The notes under the pieces are model-generated. The model was not told where the DNA came from, ran no database searches, and worked only from the letters and a program-made list of their open reading frames with translations. DNA of 64,000 nt from Octopus bimaculoides (taxonomy: Eukaryota). Position numbers and translations under genes: made by a program. The DNA lies in the NCBI RefSeq assembly GCF_001194135.2, contig NC_068986.1:40628184-40692183 (forward strand), written 5' to 3'. Positions 13,945 through 26,319 of this stretch are shown here, piece by piece; positions within the stretch are counted from its first letter, which is position 1, and every line of letters starts with the position of its first letter.

Positions 13945-14312
13945 GAAGACTTATTGGGGCAAGCGAAAGCGAAATTGTGATGGCACTTGTGCCCGCGACA
14001 TGCATAAGGACTTTCGAGCGAGATTGTTGCCAGTGCCCCTGGACTGGCTCTTGTGCGGGTGGCACATAAAATACACCATTTTGAGCGTGGCCGTTGCCAG
14101 TACCACCTGACTGGCCTTCGTGCCGGTGGCACGTAAAAGCACCCACTACACTCTCTGAGTGGTTGGCGTTAGGAAGGGCATCCAGCTGTAGAAACTCTGC
14201 CAAATCAGATTGGAGCCTGGTGTAGCCATCTGGTTTCACCAGTCCTCAATCAAATCGTCCAACCCATGCTAGCATGGAAAGCGGACATTAAACGACAATG
14301 ATGATGATGATG
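13945..14312 (+). mobile_element. RTE LINE 3' UTR copy (other copies at about 16615-16900, 46440-46550, 56260-56560, 60255-60820)
   Basis: Near-identical ...gaaactctgccaaatcagattggagcctggtgtagcc...gcatggaaagcggacattaaacg(atg)n. Confidence 0.85.
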
Positions 14313-14353
14313 AGGGTTAATTGCTTATGTTTACTGATTCTAGAAATTTATGT

Positions 14354-14480
14354 TGGTTGGGTCATGTACACAGGATGGACAACAACAGCCTCCCCAGACA
14401 AATCCTTTACTCTCAACTATGCAAGGGGAAAAGAAATCAGGGATGATCTAGACGGAAATACAAAGATACTGCAAAAAGGG
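14354..14480 (+). mobile_element. RTE/BovB-like LINE fragment of a second family
   Basis: WLGHVHRMDNNSLPRQILYSQLCKGKRNQG*SRRKYKDTAK, the classic WxGHxxRM...LP+QLLYSQL...R.KD motif with one stop. Confidence 0.75.
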
Positions 14481-14686
14481 ATGAGAAGTGGAAAAGAATT
14501 GATCATAATAAATAACAAACTCAGTTGAAAACCCAGCCAATATAGAGACAGCTTATCAAGTTATGCTAAAGCCATGAACAGTCATAGTTATGACAACTGA
14601 TTATGGATAATATTAATCATGATAATTATAATGATAACTGATTCTAATAAAGTGCATTTACTATAGTATTTTCTCTTCTGTTTCAG

Positions 14687-14864
14687 TGCCAAGTGTGTAT
14701 TTATTATTCGCCAGTCGTGGTAGCATCAGGAGAATCTCTCTTGACTCAAATGATTATACAGATGTATACATTCCCTTGCCTGATGTACACAATGCAATTG
14801 CTTTAGATTTCGATATCCAAGATAGTAAAATTTATTACACTGATGTTACTCTTGATGTAATCAG
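14687..14864 (+). CDS. LRP4: LRP4 exon 8: start of propeller 4
   Basis: ttcAG/GTgagt. [60 protein letters not shown]. Confidence 0.97.
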
Positions 14865-15655
14865 GTGAGTGAAGCTTCAGCTATTCTTGTCTTTTTTTTT
14901 TTTGTTACCAATATGTATTAATCTCTTGAAGAAGGTTACTCAGAGACACTTATGTGCCCCTGAGTCCAATGGATTCAGGGTAGATGAGGCCCTTCAGCTA
15001 TTTAGCTGCTCATCTAAGAGAAGGTTATTACAAATAAATTCTGCTTCCTGATAAATACTGAGGTCATGGCACTTGTTGCACTAGACCAGTACAAGGAGGA
15101 ATTGAACTGGCGCTGCACAAACCATGTCCTCTAAGCTCATGCTGCCCTGTGGGATAATTTATTGAGCATTTGAGAAAGGCTAAGAGAGTAAACCCCTAAA
15201 AAAAATCCAAAGGAATTGACTAAGGCATATATATACAGTTATACTTGACCAATATCTGGCATCAACTGTGGTTCTGTGAAAGCTGTGATTATATTGACTT
15301 GTCCTCCCTTCGTGTCATATCCATGTGTGAAGAAGTGGTAATTGTACTTGGAGCTAGGCACTTGCTTTGGGAAACAGCCCAGGAACAGCAGAGGTGGTTA
15401 AGTTTTTTTGCAATGCTGTTGACCAACAATGAAAAAGGCCAACCAAAACCATTGATGCCCAAGGCCTTACCTCTTCCCTCTCATTCATTTGTTTGCTTAT
15501 TATATATTACACTATGGAAATATCATGGTTCATTTTTAAGTTTATCTCTACAGATTTTCTATAGGGTTCAGATCCAGCTTTGAAAGTTACAATGTTTCAT
15601 ATATGAATATGTCTATATAAACAATACCATCAAAGATAGAAAAAATAGGTAATAA

Positions 15656-15800
15656 GTGTGTATGTAGATTTCAAGAGCACAACATCCAACCCATCAACTG
15701 GTAAGTTTAGTGGGTATTTAAGGAATGCATTCGTGGATAGTTGATGGGTTGGATCTGATACTGATGAAAGAGCAATAACTCTTGAAATATGCATGTACAC
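15656..15800. repeat. Nested inverted repeats around the hammerhead motif
   Basis: Perfect 16-bp IR at 15684-15699/15739-15754, plus an outer IR atttcaagag/ctcttgaaat (15668/15779). Confidence 0.8.
15756..15799 (+). ncRNA. Minimal hammerhead-like motif (probably inactive variant) in an LRP4 intron
   Basis: CTGATGA(15761)-AAGAG-CAATAA-CTCTT-GAAA-T-ATGC-A-T-G-TACA. Stem I is bulged and position 17 is G. Confidence 0.55.
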
Positions 15801-16015
15801 CCATTACCAATTTTTTCTATCTTTGATTGCACCGTTTACATAGATGTATTCATATACAAGATGTCATAACTTTTGGTGCTGGCTTTGAACTCCATAGAAA
15901 ATCTGTTGAGATAAACTTACAAATGGGCTTTGCTAATGTTGAGATTAGATTTGCCATAGTTACAAATGTATTTGCAGAACTAAGCTCAGATATGTTCTTC
16001 CCTTTCGTTTATTAG

Positions 16016-16128
16016 GCGAGCTAGTCTGAATGGAAGTAATATGGAGGAAATTGTACATAAAGGTTTATCAACAACCGATGGTTTAGCTGTTGACTGGGTT
16101 GCAAGGAATGTCTATTGGACAGACACTG
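16016..16128 (+). CDS. LRP4: LRP4 exon 9: propeller 4
   Basis: attAG/GTaagt. [37 protein letters not shown]. Confidence 0.97.
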
Positions 16129-16979
16129 GTAAGTTTTGGCTATCAGAGCTATTATATTTTACTTTACATCACAATTGGTGAACACTAATGTCATTGATTA
16201 CAGGTTTCCAATGGGCCAGTCCCTGGTTCACTAATTACAATGGCTGATGTAACAAAGGACTGTGTATAATTCAGTGCAGAAGAAATGTCTCACTAGATTT
16301 CCTTCACAAAGGACTGGCTTGATTTACTTACCAATGTTTATATCCTTTGGCAGTGTGCAAAGAATGTAAATTTAATGTCATTTAATGTCCCTGTTCCATG
16401 CTGGCATGGGCTAAATGGTTCAACAGGAGACTTAGGGTCTCAGGATTGTATCACGCTCCAGTGGTTGATTTCGTATAGTTTATACAGTAGGATGCATCTC
16501 CTGACGCCAACCACTTTACAGTGTGCACTAGGTGCAGTTGGCATTAGTGAGTATGCTATGCAGATTGTAACATATTGATGCTATATCAAGTTGGTAATAA
16601 ATTCCTTATGGAACGAGGTTGTTGCCAGTGCCGCTGGACTGGCTCCTATGCAGGTGGCACATAAAAAAACACCTTTTGAGCATAGCTGTTGCCAGTACCG
16701 CTTGACTGGCCCTTGTGTCGGTGGCACGTAAAAGCACCCACTACACTCTCAGAGTGGTTGGCGTTAAGAAGGGAATCCAGCTGTAGAAACTCTGCCAGAT
16801 CAGATTGGGGCCTGGTACAGCCAGCTGGCTCGCTAGTCTTCAGTCAAACTGTCCAACCCATCCCAGCATGGAAAATGGACATCAAACAATGACCGATGAT
16901 GAAAAGCCAAAAACCATTCAAGATCTAATCCTTCTCTTTCCTATACAATTTTTATGATTCTTTGCATTCTCTCTTTCAG

Positions 16980-17085
16980 GTCGAGATGTGCTTGAAGTTG
17001 CCCGCATTGATGGGTCAAGTAGACGTGTGCTAATTTCCAAAGACCTGGATGAACCACGAGCAATTGCTGTGTTCCCAAAGAAAGG
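16980..17085 (+). CDS. LRP4: LRP4 exon 10: propeller 4
   Basis: ttcAG/GTaaga. [36 protein letters not shown]. Confidence 0.96.
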
Positions 17086-17482
17086 GTAAGAATTACCAAA
17101 TTTAACTTTCTATTAGTGTTGTTGCTGTTGTTGTCGTCTAACCCCAAATCAGCCTGATCAAGCAGACATGTAATCAAAGACGTTCCAGCCAAGACCATCC
17201 CATTTTTTTGCATATCTAGTATGACTATGCTGAATGTATCACCATCATCTTAATGCCCACTTTTCCATGCTAGTGTGTGTCAGACCGAATTTTTATGGCC
17301 AGATACCCTTACTTATTTCTAAGAAAGATAATATTTCCCGATGATCAGACATGCTTTTCCAGATTGGAAATGAAGGATATTGCTTACACGACAGTGACAT
17401 TCAACGTCAATGCAAGGTGACAGTACACATACATGCATATGGTCCAACCCATGCCAGCATGGAAAACAGATGTTAAATGATG

Positions 17483-17522
<40 letters not shown>

Positions 17523-19161
17523 GGGTTTATTTTACTTTTCCATCTACCAAATCCACTAACAAGATTTTGTTCAGCTCAGGGCTATAGCAGAAAATAACTT
17601 GCCCAAGGTACCATGCAGTGGGACTGGAGCTGAACCCAGAATCGTGTGGCTGGGAAGCATACTTCTTACCCCACAGCCACACCTGCACCTATCATCCTTC
17701 TTAATTTTTGCCAAAGATAGTAGGCTATGATTTGAGAGCTAATTGTCTATTATGTCTTGCAGGTCAGGCAGACAGAAACTCTAGTGCTTAGTGTCTGTTC
17801 CCTCTTTCACACACATATTCTTTTTGTTGTTGTTTGATTGAATCAGCTTTCTTCAAAACTCCAAGCTGTATTTACATATAAACCTTACCTAACTCTTGTG
17901 GTTCAATGAAAAGTTAAATCTTTGTCTCCCCCACCTCTTCCCATTCTCTCTCACTATCTCTGTCTGCCCCCTATCTCTCTCCCCCCTTCTCCCTTCTTTC
18001 TGTTATTGCTCTTAGAATTTTAAAAGTTCCCTTAAATCTTTTCTTCTGCAACATTTAATAGGACATTTTGTAGTTATTGGTATTTAGCCCCAAGTCAAAA
18101 GCATTCTACCCATGGCTAACTCATTTTCATTTCAGACATTATGTGTCTAAGATCACAAAATCTAATGTGTTCTTTCCGTTTTTATGATGGTAGAGAGTGA
18201 TTTGAGGTAGATTAGGCTACTTTTTCTTGAAAGTCAAGTGACTACATAAAGACTCCTCCTTCATTATCCTATTGTGGTTGTTGTTTATATTATTAAGTAG
18301 CTCCAATCAACTTACAATATTCACAACAAAAATGTCTTAGAACCATTTACATTTATATATATAACAAATAGGATCTGTCGTGAGGCTAAATATTTAAGTT
18401 TGAGTCAGTCAAGTCCTATTAAGATGTCTCTCAGTCTATTTTTAAATTGAAAAGTGGTGAGATATTGATGATAATAATAATAAATTGGCTCTGATTAAGC
18501 AAATGTTGGATCAAAGATATTTCAGGTGTGACCAGCTTTTATTTTTATATTTCTAAGCATGCTATACCTTGGGTTACTTATTCAAAGTGTCCTCACCCAT
18601 TTTCTTTAAGACTGTATGATATGATTTGACTGACTTTTGGTTACTATTTCTAGCATACTGACTGATCATATTGACGTTTCCTTGTTGGTTCTGTACATTG
18701 AAATGTATTACCTCTTTGTTTCACAAAATAATAACAGTGAAGAATGGTAATGAAATATGTGAAGAAAAATTTCCTAAGATAAAGATTACATTTAACTTAG
18801 CTCTTCAACTTCAAATAAATTGTGTAGATATTTTTTTTCTTGAATTCATATCTCCTGGAACGATTCCTATTCATCTGAAATTTAATACATGTATATAAAC
18901 AATTTATCTTGGAGGATAAAGTTGTCACAATTTAAGTATAATTTTATATTAAAAGTTTTCCATTTCCAGGCATTATATAATTATTATGCACAGCATGTCA
19001 GATGCTGGAGGCAATTTGAAATTAGAAAGAAAATAATGACAAAATCATTTCCCCCTCCAAAAATCAATTTTTAAAACATGATATTCATTATTAATAATCA
19101 TTACTTCATTTATTCCTGATCTCAAAATAGAATTTTTATTTTTATAAACCATAAATTTCAG

Positions 19162-19256
19162 GTTGATGTTCTGGACTGACTGGGGAAAAGTTCCCAAAAT
19201 AGAACGTGCCTTCTTAGATGGAACCAGCCGCAAAGCTATTGTAACAGCAAACCTTG
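19162..19256 (+). CDS. LRP4: LRP4 exon 11: propeller 4
   Basis: ttcAG acceptor. The GTgggt donor at 19257 is the only one that keeps frame with the next exon. [31 protein letters not shown]. Confidence 0.95.
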
Positions 19257-19814
19257 GTGGGTAACAGAATATTTCCTTTCTTTATGTCACACACACATAC
19301 ACACACACAAATATGCATTGTCATCACCTGTATTTCATCTTTTTAACATCCACTTTTCTACAATCATATGGGATGGATGGAATTCATTGAGGCAGACTTT
19401 CTGTGGTCAGATGTCCCTCCTGTCACCAGCCCTCACCTGTTTCCAAGTAAGGTAATATTAACTACTGGACGGACATGTTTTCATGGAATATTGGAAATAG
19501 ACACCACTTGTAAGACAGTGATGCTCATTTACAACTATCACATGATATCAAGAGAAGTAGACACTAATACACACACATATACACATATGACAGGCATCTT
19601 TTCGTTTCCATCTACCAAATCCAGTCATAAGGCTTTGACTGGTCTGAGATTGTGGCAGAATACACTTGCCCAAGTTGCCATGCAGGGAACTGTCCAGACT
19701 CCAGCTGTCTGTTGTGACATGGTTTCTACAGCTGGATGTCCTTTTTGTTTCTCTTTCTCCCTCTCTCTGTCTCTCTGTCCATCTGACTGTCCTCTCTTTC
19801 TGTCTGTTTGTCTT

Positions 19815-20000
19815 CCTCTCTCTCTCTCTCTCTTTCCCCCTCCCTCTCTCTCTCTCTCTCTTTCCCCTCCCTCTCTCTCTCTCTCTTTNNNNNNNNNNNN
19901 NNNNNNNNNNNNNNTTGTCTTCCTCTCTCTCTCTCTCTCTTTCCCCCTCCCTCTCTCTCTCTCTCTCTTTCCTCCTCCCTCTCTCCCTCTCAGACTCTCT
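19815..20000. repeat. (CT)n / ttccccctcc compound repeat
   Basis: Directly visible, and contains an N gap. Confidence 0.9.
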
Positions 20001-20257
20001 TTATCTATCTGCTTATCACTGTCTTTATATTTGCATTTGATTATCAACTTGACCATTTTCAACTCAGAGTTTTATACCGTTTCCAAGACAAACCGTTTCC
20101 AAAGACAAGAAAACACGTGCATATTCAGAAACACTTGAAATTCCATATTCACCAGCCACTTTTCTTGTATTAGCAGTAGTACCCATATTACTATTGTGTT
20201 TAGTCTCATATATTAACCTTCCATGTTTTTTACTCTTATCATTCAATATTGTTTCAG

Positions 20258-20406
20258 GTTATCCAAATGGATTATCCATTGATTATGCTGCTAAAACCCT
20301 GTATTGGGTTGATGCAAAGCTTGACAAAATAGAGCGGTCTGATTTGAATGGTGAACACAGAATGGAAATAATTAAGCAAATCCCTCATCCTTTTGGTCTG
20401 TCAGTG
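20258..20406 (+). CDS. LRP4: LRP4 exon 12: propeller 4
   Basis: ttcAG/GTaagt. [50 protein letters not shown]. Confidence 0.97.
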
Positions 20407-20949
20407 GTAAGTTATACACTTATTATCATCATCATTATCATCATTTAATGTACGCCTTCTATGCTGGCATGGGTTGGATGGTTTGACAGGAGCCAGCCAA
20501 GCAGAAGACTACCCTTGGCTACTGTCTCTGTTTTGGCAGTGTTTGTATGGCTGGATGCCCTTCCTAACAATAACCACTCTGCAGAGTGGACTCAGTGCTT
20601 TTTATGTGGCACCAACACAGGTGAAGTCAGTTTTGGCATAGTTTTTACTGCTGGATGCCCTTCCAAATGCCAACCACTTTACAGTGTGGACTGGATGCTT
20701 TTAACACAGCACCAGCACCAGCAGGGTTACCAAATAACTTGCAAAACAAGGATTTTTGAGAGGGAATCTTGTGTCAGATGGCAAAAGGTTAGAGTGTGTC
20801 AGAGAGATCGAGAGGCAGAAACAGGTGTCTTGCTATAACGGAGGGGACATTGGAGGAAGTGATCTGGTGTCAGATGATGAAAGGTTAGAGTATGACAGAG
20901 AGGCAGAAACACACACATACATACAAATAAATACACACACATACACATT

Positions 20950-21255
20950 GTGGAGGCGCAATGGCCCAGTGGTTAGGGCAGTGGACTCGCGGTCGGAGGA
21001 TCGTGGTTTTGATTCCCAGACCAGGCGTTCTATGTGTTTATTGAGCGAAAACACCTAAAAGCTCCACGAGGCTCCAGCAGGGGGTGGTGGCAACCCCTGT
21101 TGTACTCTTTCGCCTTAACTTTCACTCACCCTTTCTTCCTGTTTCTTGAGTAATGCTGTGATGGACTGGCATCCTGTCCAGCTGGGGAAACACATACACC
21201 ATGGAAACCGGGCCCATGAGCCTGGCTAGGCTTTAAAAGGTGCATAAAAAAAAAA
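20950..21255 (+). mobile_element. tRNA-derived SINE with the same head and a different tail
   Basis: Matches the 3425 family up to 21146, then has an unrelated tail ending in poly-A. Confidence 0.75.
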
Positions 21256-22003
21256 CACATATAAGTACAAACAATAGGCTTCGATATAGTTTCCAGCTAT
21301 GAAAGCTGTTCACAATAAGTCTATGTTAAAATGGAAGAAACTTGCTCAAAATGTTACAAGATAGAACTTTAGACCATGTAGTAACAAAGTACATTCTGTA
21401 TCAACATGCCTGTGTTTGTGCCTATATATGTATGTATGTACATATGTATGTATGTGCAGGAGGGTGCATAGCATAGTGGTTAGGTAGCGAAATTGTTTTT
21501 CCATTTCCCAGACTGGGCAGTGTGTTGTGTTCTTGAGAAAAAACACTTTACCTCATGTTGCTCTCTGATCACTTTGACACCTGACGTGTGGCAGATGATG
21601 GCAAGCAGAGTTTTATTCGTTTTGAATGAAAAATGTGTTGAGTATACAGACTAAAACATTAATAGCATAGCTTATTTTAGATAGAGAAGCAAATAGCTGG
21701 GTGATCAGCCTAACTGACAATCAGCTGAGAAATCAGTAATCCATACTCACACCAACTGAGTCCACCTCACTGTAAACAAGATGTAGTATTTATTACTGCA
21801 ATGACCAATGAGTTTTGGTCTCTTCTGCCCCTTTCCTTCATGCATTTCAGAGGCCGTGTGAATAAATCATGTGTGCCACTCTTCCTTCTATGACTAAAAA
21901 GGGAAGAAAGAAAAAATTCTGAAAAACCATGGAAACCTGCTTTGAATTCTGTCTAGAATTTTTCTGTTTTATTTATTTATCTATTTATTTATTAATTTTT
22001 CAG

Positions 22004-22148
22004 TTTGAAAATTATATCTACTGGACTGATTGGAGAACAAAATCGATTCACAGAGCCAGCAAAAAGACAGGACTTGACAGAATTGTTATTCAGAACAACA
22101 TGGAAGGGCTAATGGCAATCAGTGTTGTATCTCCCCTTCGGCAGACAG
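22004..22148 (+). CDS. LRP4: LRP4 exon 13: end of propeller 4
   Basis: ttcAG/GTcagt. [48 protein letters not shown]. Confidence 0.97.
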
Positions 22149-22821
22149 GTCAGTTAATTCTACCTTCTTTTTAACCCTTTTATGCACTTCAACAAAGAAC
22201 AAAGCTGTGTTACTACTCCTGTCTGTGCCATAAATTCTGTGTCCTCACAGGTGAGGAAACCGTTGCAGTGGTGATAATTTATTGACCACATAGATGCAAT
22301 ATACCCTGACCCACTACAGTGAAAGGTCTACTGTCTGTCTTTGGTTCTAAGAAGCTAGAGCTCTTGTCCCTTACTTGGTGAACGAGTGCAAACAGCATCT
22401 GCAAATCAAATTTTATAGTGACAAGCATTTGTGTGAAATGAGTGCCACTCTCTAAATCCTTCATGCCATTAAATTGACAATTGCCAAACCAAAACTACTA
22501 GAACTGGCCACATACTACAAACACTCCAGGTTTAAAGTGAGGGTGTCTTTCTCACTTGTAGATGTACATACACTTCTAAAAGTGCGCATGCACACACACT
22601 CATACATGCAAATGCATGTATACATAGTAATGGATGTATTGTGACTCTTTTGGAGTTCATTCACTCTTTTTCATCTCACAAAAGTGTCTAAAAACCACCC
22701 TCCTCAACAAGCAAGCTCAGTGGGCTTGCTAGCTTACTCACCTATGGTCCAACCATATGCAAATTGTACTGGCTTACATGATTTCCAGATATTGGTCTTT
22801 ATTATCAGATATCTGATTTCG

Positions 22822-22890
<69 letters not shown>

Positions 22891-23515
22891 ATTCTTTTAC
22901 TTGTTTCAGTCATATAATATACATATATTATACAACGGGCATATTTCAGTTTCTATCAACCAAATCCACTCACNNNNNNNNNNNNNNNNNNNNNNNNNNN
23001 NNNNNNNNNNNNNNNNNNNNNNNNNNNNNNNNNNNNNNNNNNNNNNNNNNNNNNNNNNNNNNNNNNNNNNNNNNNNNNNNNNNNNNNNNNNNNNNNNNNN
23101 NNNNNNNNNNNNNNNNNNNNNNNNNNNNNNNNNNNNNNNNNNNNNNNNNNNNNNNNNNNNNNNNNNNNNNNNNNNNNNNNNNNNNNNNNNNNNNNNNNNN
23201 NNNNNNNNNNNNNNNNNNNNNNNNNNNNNNNNNNNNNNNNNNNNNNNNNNNNNNNNNNNNNNNNNNNNNNNNNNNNNNNNNNNNNNNNNNNNNNNNNNNN
23301 NNNNNNNNNNNNNNNNNNNNNNNNNNNNNNNNNNNNNNNNNNNNNNNNNNNNNNNNNNNNNNNNNNNNNNNNNNNNNNNNNNNNNNNNNNNNNNNNNNNN
23401 NNNNNNNNNNNNNNNNNNNNNNNNNNNNNNNNNNNNNNNNNNNNNNNNNNNNNNNNNNNNNNNNNNNNNNNNNNNNNNNNNNNNNNNNNNNNNNNNNNNN
23501 NNNNNNNNNNNNNNN

Positions 23516-23557
<42 letters not shown>

Positions 23558-23842
23558 GCACACACACACACATGTATATATCTGTTTATATTACCTGTGT
23601 GTGGTGTTTCTATGCATGCTTCCTTATAGGAGTGTGAATGTATGTGAGAGAGAGAGAGAGAGTGGTGTTATTGTTGTCGTTGTTATTGCTGCTGCAGTGG
23701 TAGCAGCAGACTGGGGTATCTCTGCTTGTGCACACCTGTAACCTATCAAATATTTTGCTGTTTATGAATTCTTATTGCCAATATCAAACCATGACTGTAG
23801 AATTGCTGCATTTCATTTGTCTACCTTGTTGTTAATTCTTAG

Positions 23843-23956
23843 GGACCAACCAATGTGCAATACGAAATGGAGGATGCACTCACTTATGCCTTGCTCGACC
23901 CAATGGTTACAAATGTGCGTGCCCAACATACCCTGATTCAAGGCCCTGTCTTGTTG
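23843..23956 (+). CDS. LRP4: LRP4 exon 14: last EGF-like module
   Basis: cttAG/GTaagg. [38 protein letters not shown]; human has [38 protein letters not shown] as recalled. Confidence 0.96.
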
Positions 23957-24248
23957 GTAAGGGAGTTTTCTTATTTTTGAGAAAGTATAGTGGCATCATT
24001 TTGAATATTTTTGTCAATAATCTTATCTTTTACTTGTTTCATCCATTAGACCGTGGCCATACTGGGGCACAACCTTGAAGGGTTCAGTGAAACAAATTGA
24101 CCCCAGTACTTATGCGTTATTTTAAGTCTGGTACTTATTTTATTGGGCTCTTTTGCTGAGCCACTAAGTTATGGGGATTTAAACAACCAACACCAGTGGT
24201 TGAAGAGCAAACAAAAACACAGTTGTATGTATATATATGTGTGTGTGC

Positions 24249-24288
<40 letters not shown>

Positions 24289-25740
24289 NNNNNNNNNNNN
24301 NNNNNNNNNNNNNNNNNNNNNNNNNNNNNNNNNNNNNNNNNNNNNNNNNNNNNNNNNNNNNNNNNNNNNNNNNNNNNNCGTCCAACCCATGCTAGCATGG
24401 AAAGTGGACGTTAAACGATGATGATGATATATATATATATATATATATATCTGTGTTTGTGTATATATGTGTGTGTATGTATATATATATCTGTGTTTGT
24501 GTGTATATATATATATTTGTGTTTGTGTGTGTGTGTATACACATACATATATATGATAGGTTCGAAATTGACTCACAGGGCATTGTTGGTCAGCTTGAGG
24601 CTGTGATAGAAGACACTTGCCCAAAATGTTGTGCGGAAGAACTGAACCCAGAGCCACATGGCTGCAAAGTGAGCTTCTTAACTACACAACTGTATTTAAA
24701 AAAAAAAAAAAAGAGGTGTAGGCTTTGTAGATTGAATTAAATCTTTGTAACTGATGAAATCAATATCAATACTTTCACTCGGTAACTAAATAATAATGCA
24801 AGATAGGAGAAAATGCAATGGATGATTTACCCTAGCTTTATCTACTGAAGAATTAACTTAATTTACAGGTTTAAAATAGAGAAAGTGCTGAAAGTTTTAG
24901 GTCAATGTAAATGAGTAGTTAAGTGTTAAACATCAATTCTACGTTTCTGGAAATTTAGTGATGAAATCAATAAAAACACTTAACATCAGTTTAGCTCAAT
25001 TTAATTATAATATTAAATTACAATTGCTAACCTAACACTGTTACTAATGTTTTGTGTGATTTCAGTTTGTAGGGTTCTGCTAGAGGTTTTTGAACATTTT
25101 TCATAACATTAGAGTAAATACCACTCTCCTTCAAGAGATCCATCAGGGCCATTAAATCCATTTGTAGTAATAAATTTCCTATACACTGACTGAGTAATGT
25201 TATAATTATCTTTATCTCTCTGTTTATATAATGAATATGTTTCTGTTTCTTCCTAAGAAACTAATTGAACTCAGTGAATTGATCTGCTTGGTTCATTACT
25301 GTTATTTAACTTTTTTAGCATTTAAACTGGCCGTATCTGACCAAAATTATCTACCTACCTTAAGTTCAAACCAGCCAAATCTGACCCCTCACACCTCCTC
25401 TACAATGTCATTCAAAAAATTTAACAGTCACAAAGCTATGTGAAAATGCATGATTAATTCAAAATAATGTAACACCTATCTATTCACATTGTTTTGAACT
25501 AATCGTGCATTATCTTGTAACTTGGAGATTTCAACGATGTGATTGCTTATCTTTAGAATGACATTGTAGGATAGATGTGAAAGGCCAGATCTGGCTGCTT
25601 TGAACATAAAACAGGTTGAATATTTGGGCAGGATATGACCAGTTTAAACACTAGAGGGTTATATCTACTCTCTCTCTCTCTCTCTCATATACACACACAC
25701 ACATTTTATTTATTTATTTATTCATTTCACTTTTCTGCAG

Positions 25741-25825
25741 TTCCATTAGTTTCTGGTGCTGGTGGTAGTGACGAGTTGTTCTCTGGAGAAAAGTCTGGTT
25801 TAGCTCAAGGATCTCATTCCAGTCG
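25741..25825 (+). CDS. LRP4: LRP4 exon 15: extracellular stalk
   Basis: tgcAG/GTgagt, phase 1 in and phase 2 out, fitting both neighbours. VPLVSGAGGSDELFSGEKSGLAQGSHSSR. Confidence 0.85.
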
Positions 25826-26260
25826 GTGAGTGTGAGACAATTTTTTTATTTATAATTTCACACCTTGGGCAGAGGTGAAAGAAAACATAAGTCTAATTCC
25901 AATGAGGATTTGGTCGTTTCTGGTGTTTTTCAGGTGTCTTGTATCAAACTCAGCTGTTGTTTCGGAATTTTGAATACAAAACACTTGAAGAAGGTTGGTG
26001 CATGCATCAGCCAAAATGTAGTGAAAACAGCAACGATCAAGCTGAGGATGCCAGTCCAACTAATATAAACAGGATACATAACATAAATTCCTCATATCAG
26101 AAATATAGAAAATTTTATGTATTGCTTGAAAAAAACAATTATTTTCTCAAAGCCTTTTTATAATGATTTGAAGGAATTTAAGTTTCTTTTTTTTTTTTCC
26201 ACTCTTTGTTATTTCTAACTTTCAAAAGTTTGACTTTTTATTTTCTTTCTTTCCCGTTAG

Positions 26261-26319
26261 ATGTTCAAAAGGGAAAATTAAGAATGGACTTTGTCGACCA
26301 ACTGGAAGTACAGCTAATG
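26261..26319 (+). CDS. LRP4: LRP4 exon 16: juxtamembrane Cys loop
   Basis: gttAG/GTaagt. RCSKGKIKNGLCRPTGSTAN aligns with human RCSERDARLGLC. Confidence 0.9.

Noticed and set aside
19368-20173. Long ORFs of 121-256 aa
   Set aside because: They run through LINE/SINE remnants, (CT)n repeats and an N gap.
22901-23629. ORFs of about 200-240 aa
   Set aside because: Almost entirely N gap.
25865-26163. Two overlapping 67-74 aa ORFs in the LRP4 stalk intron as a possible cassette exon
   Set aside because: No acceptor/donor pair gives phase 2 in and phase 2 out without a stop, and exons 15 and 16 join cleanly.
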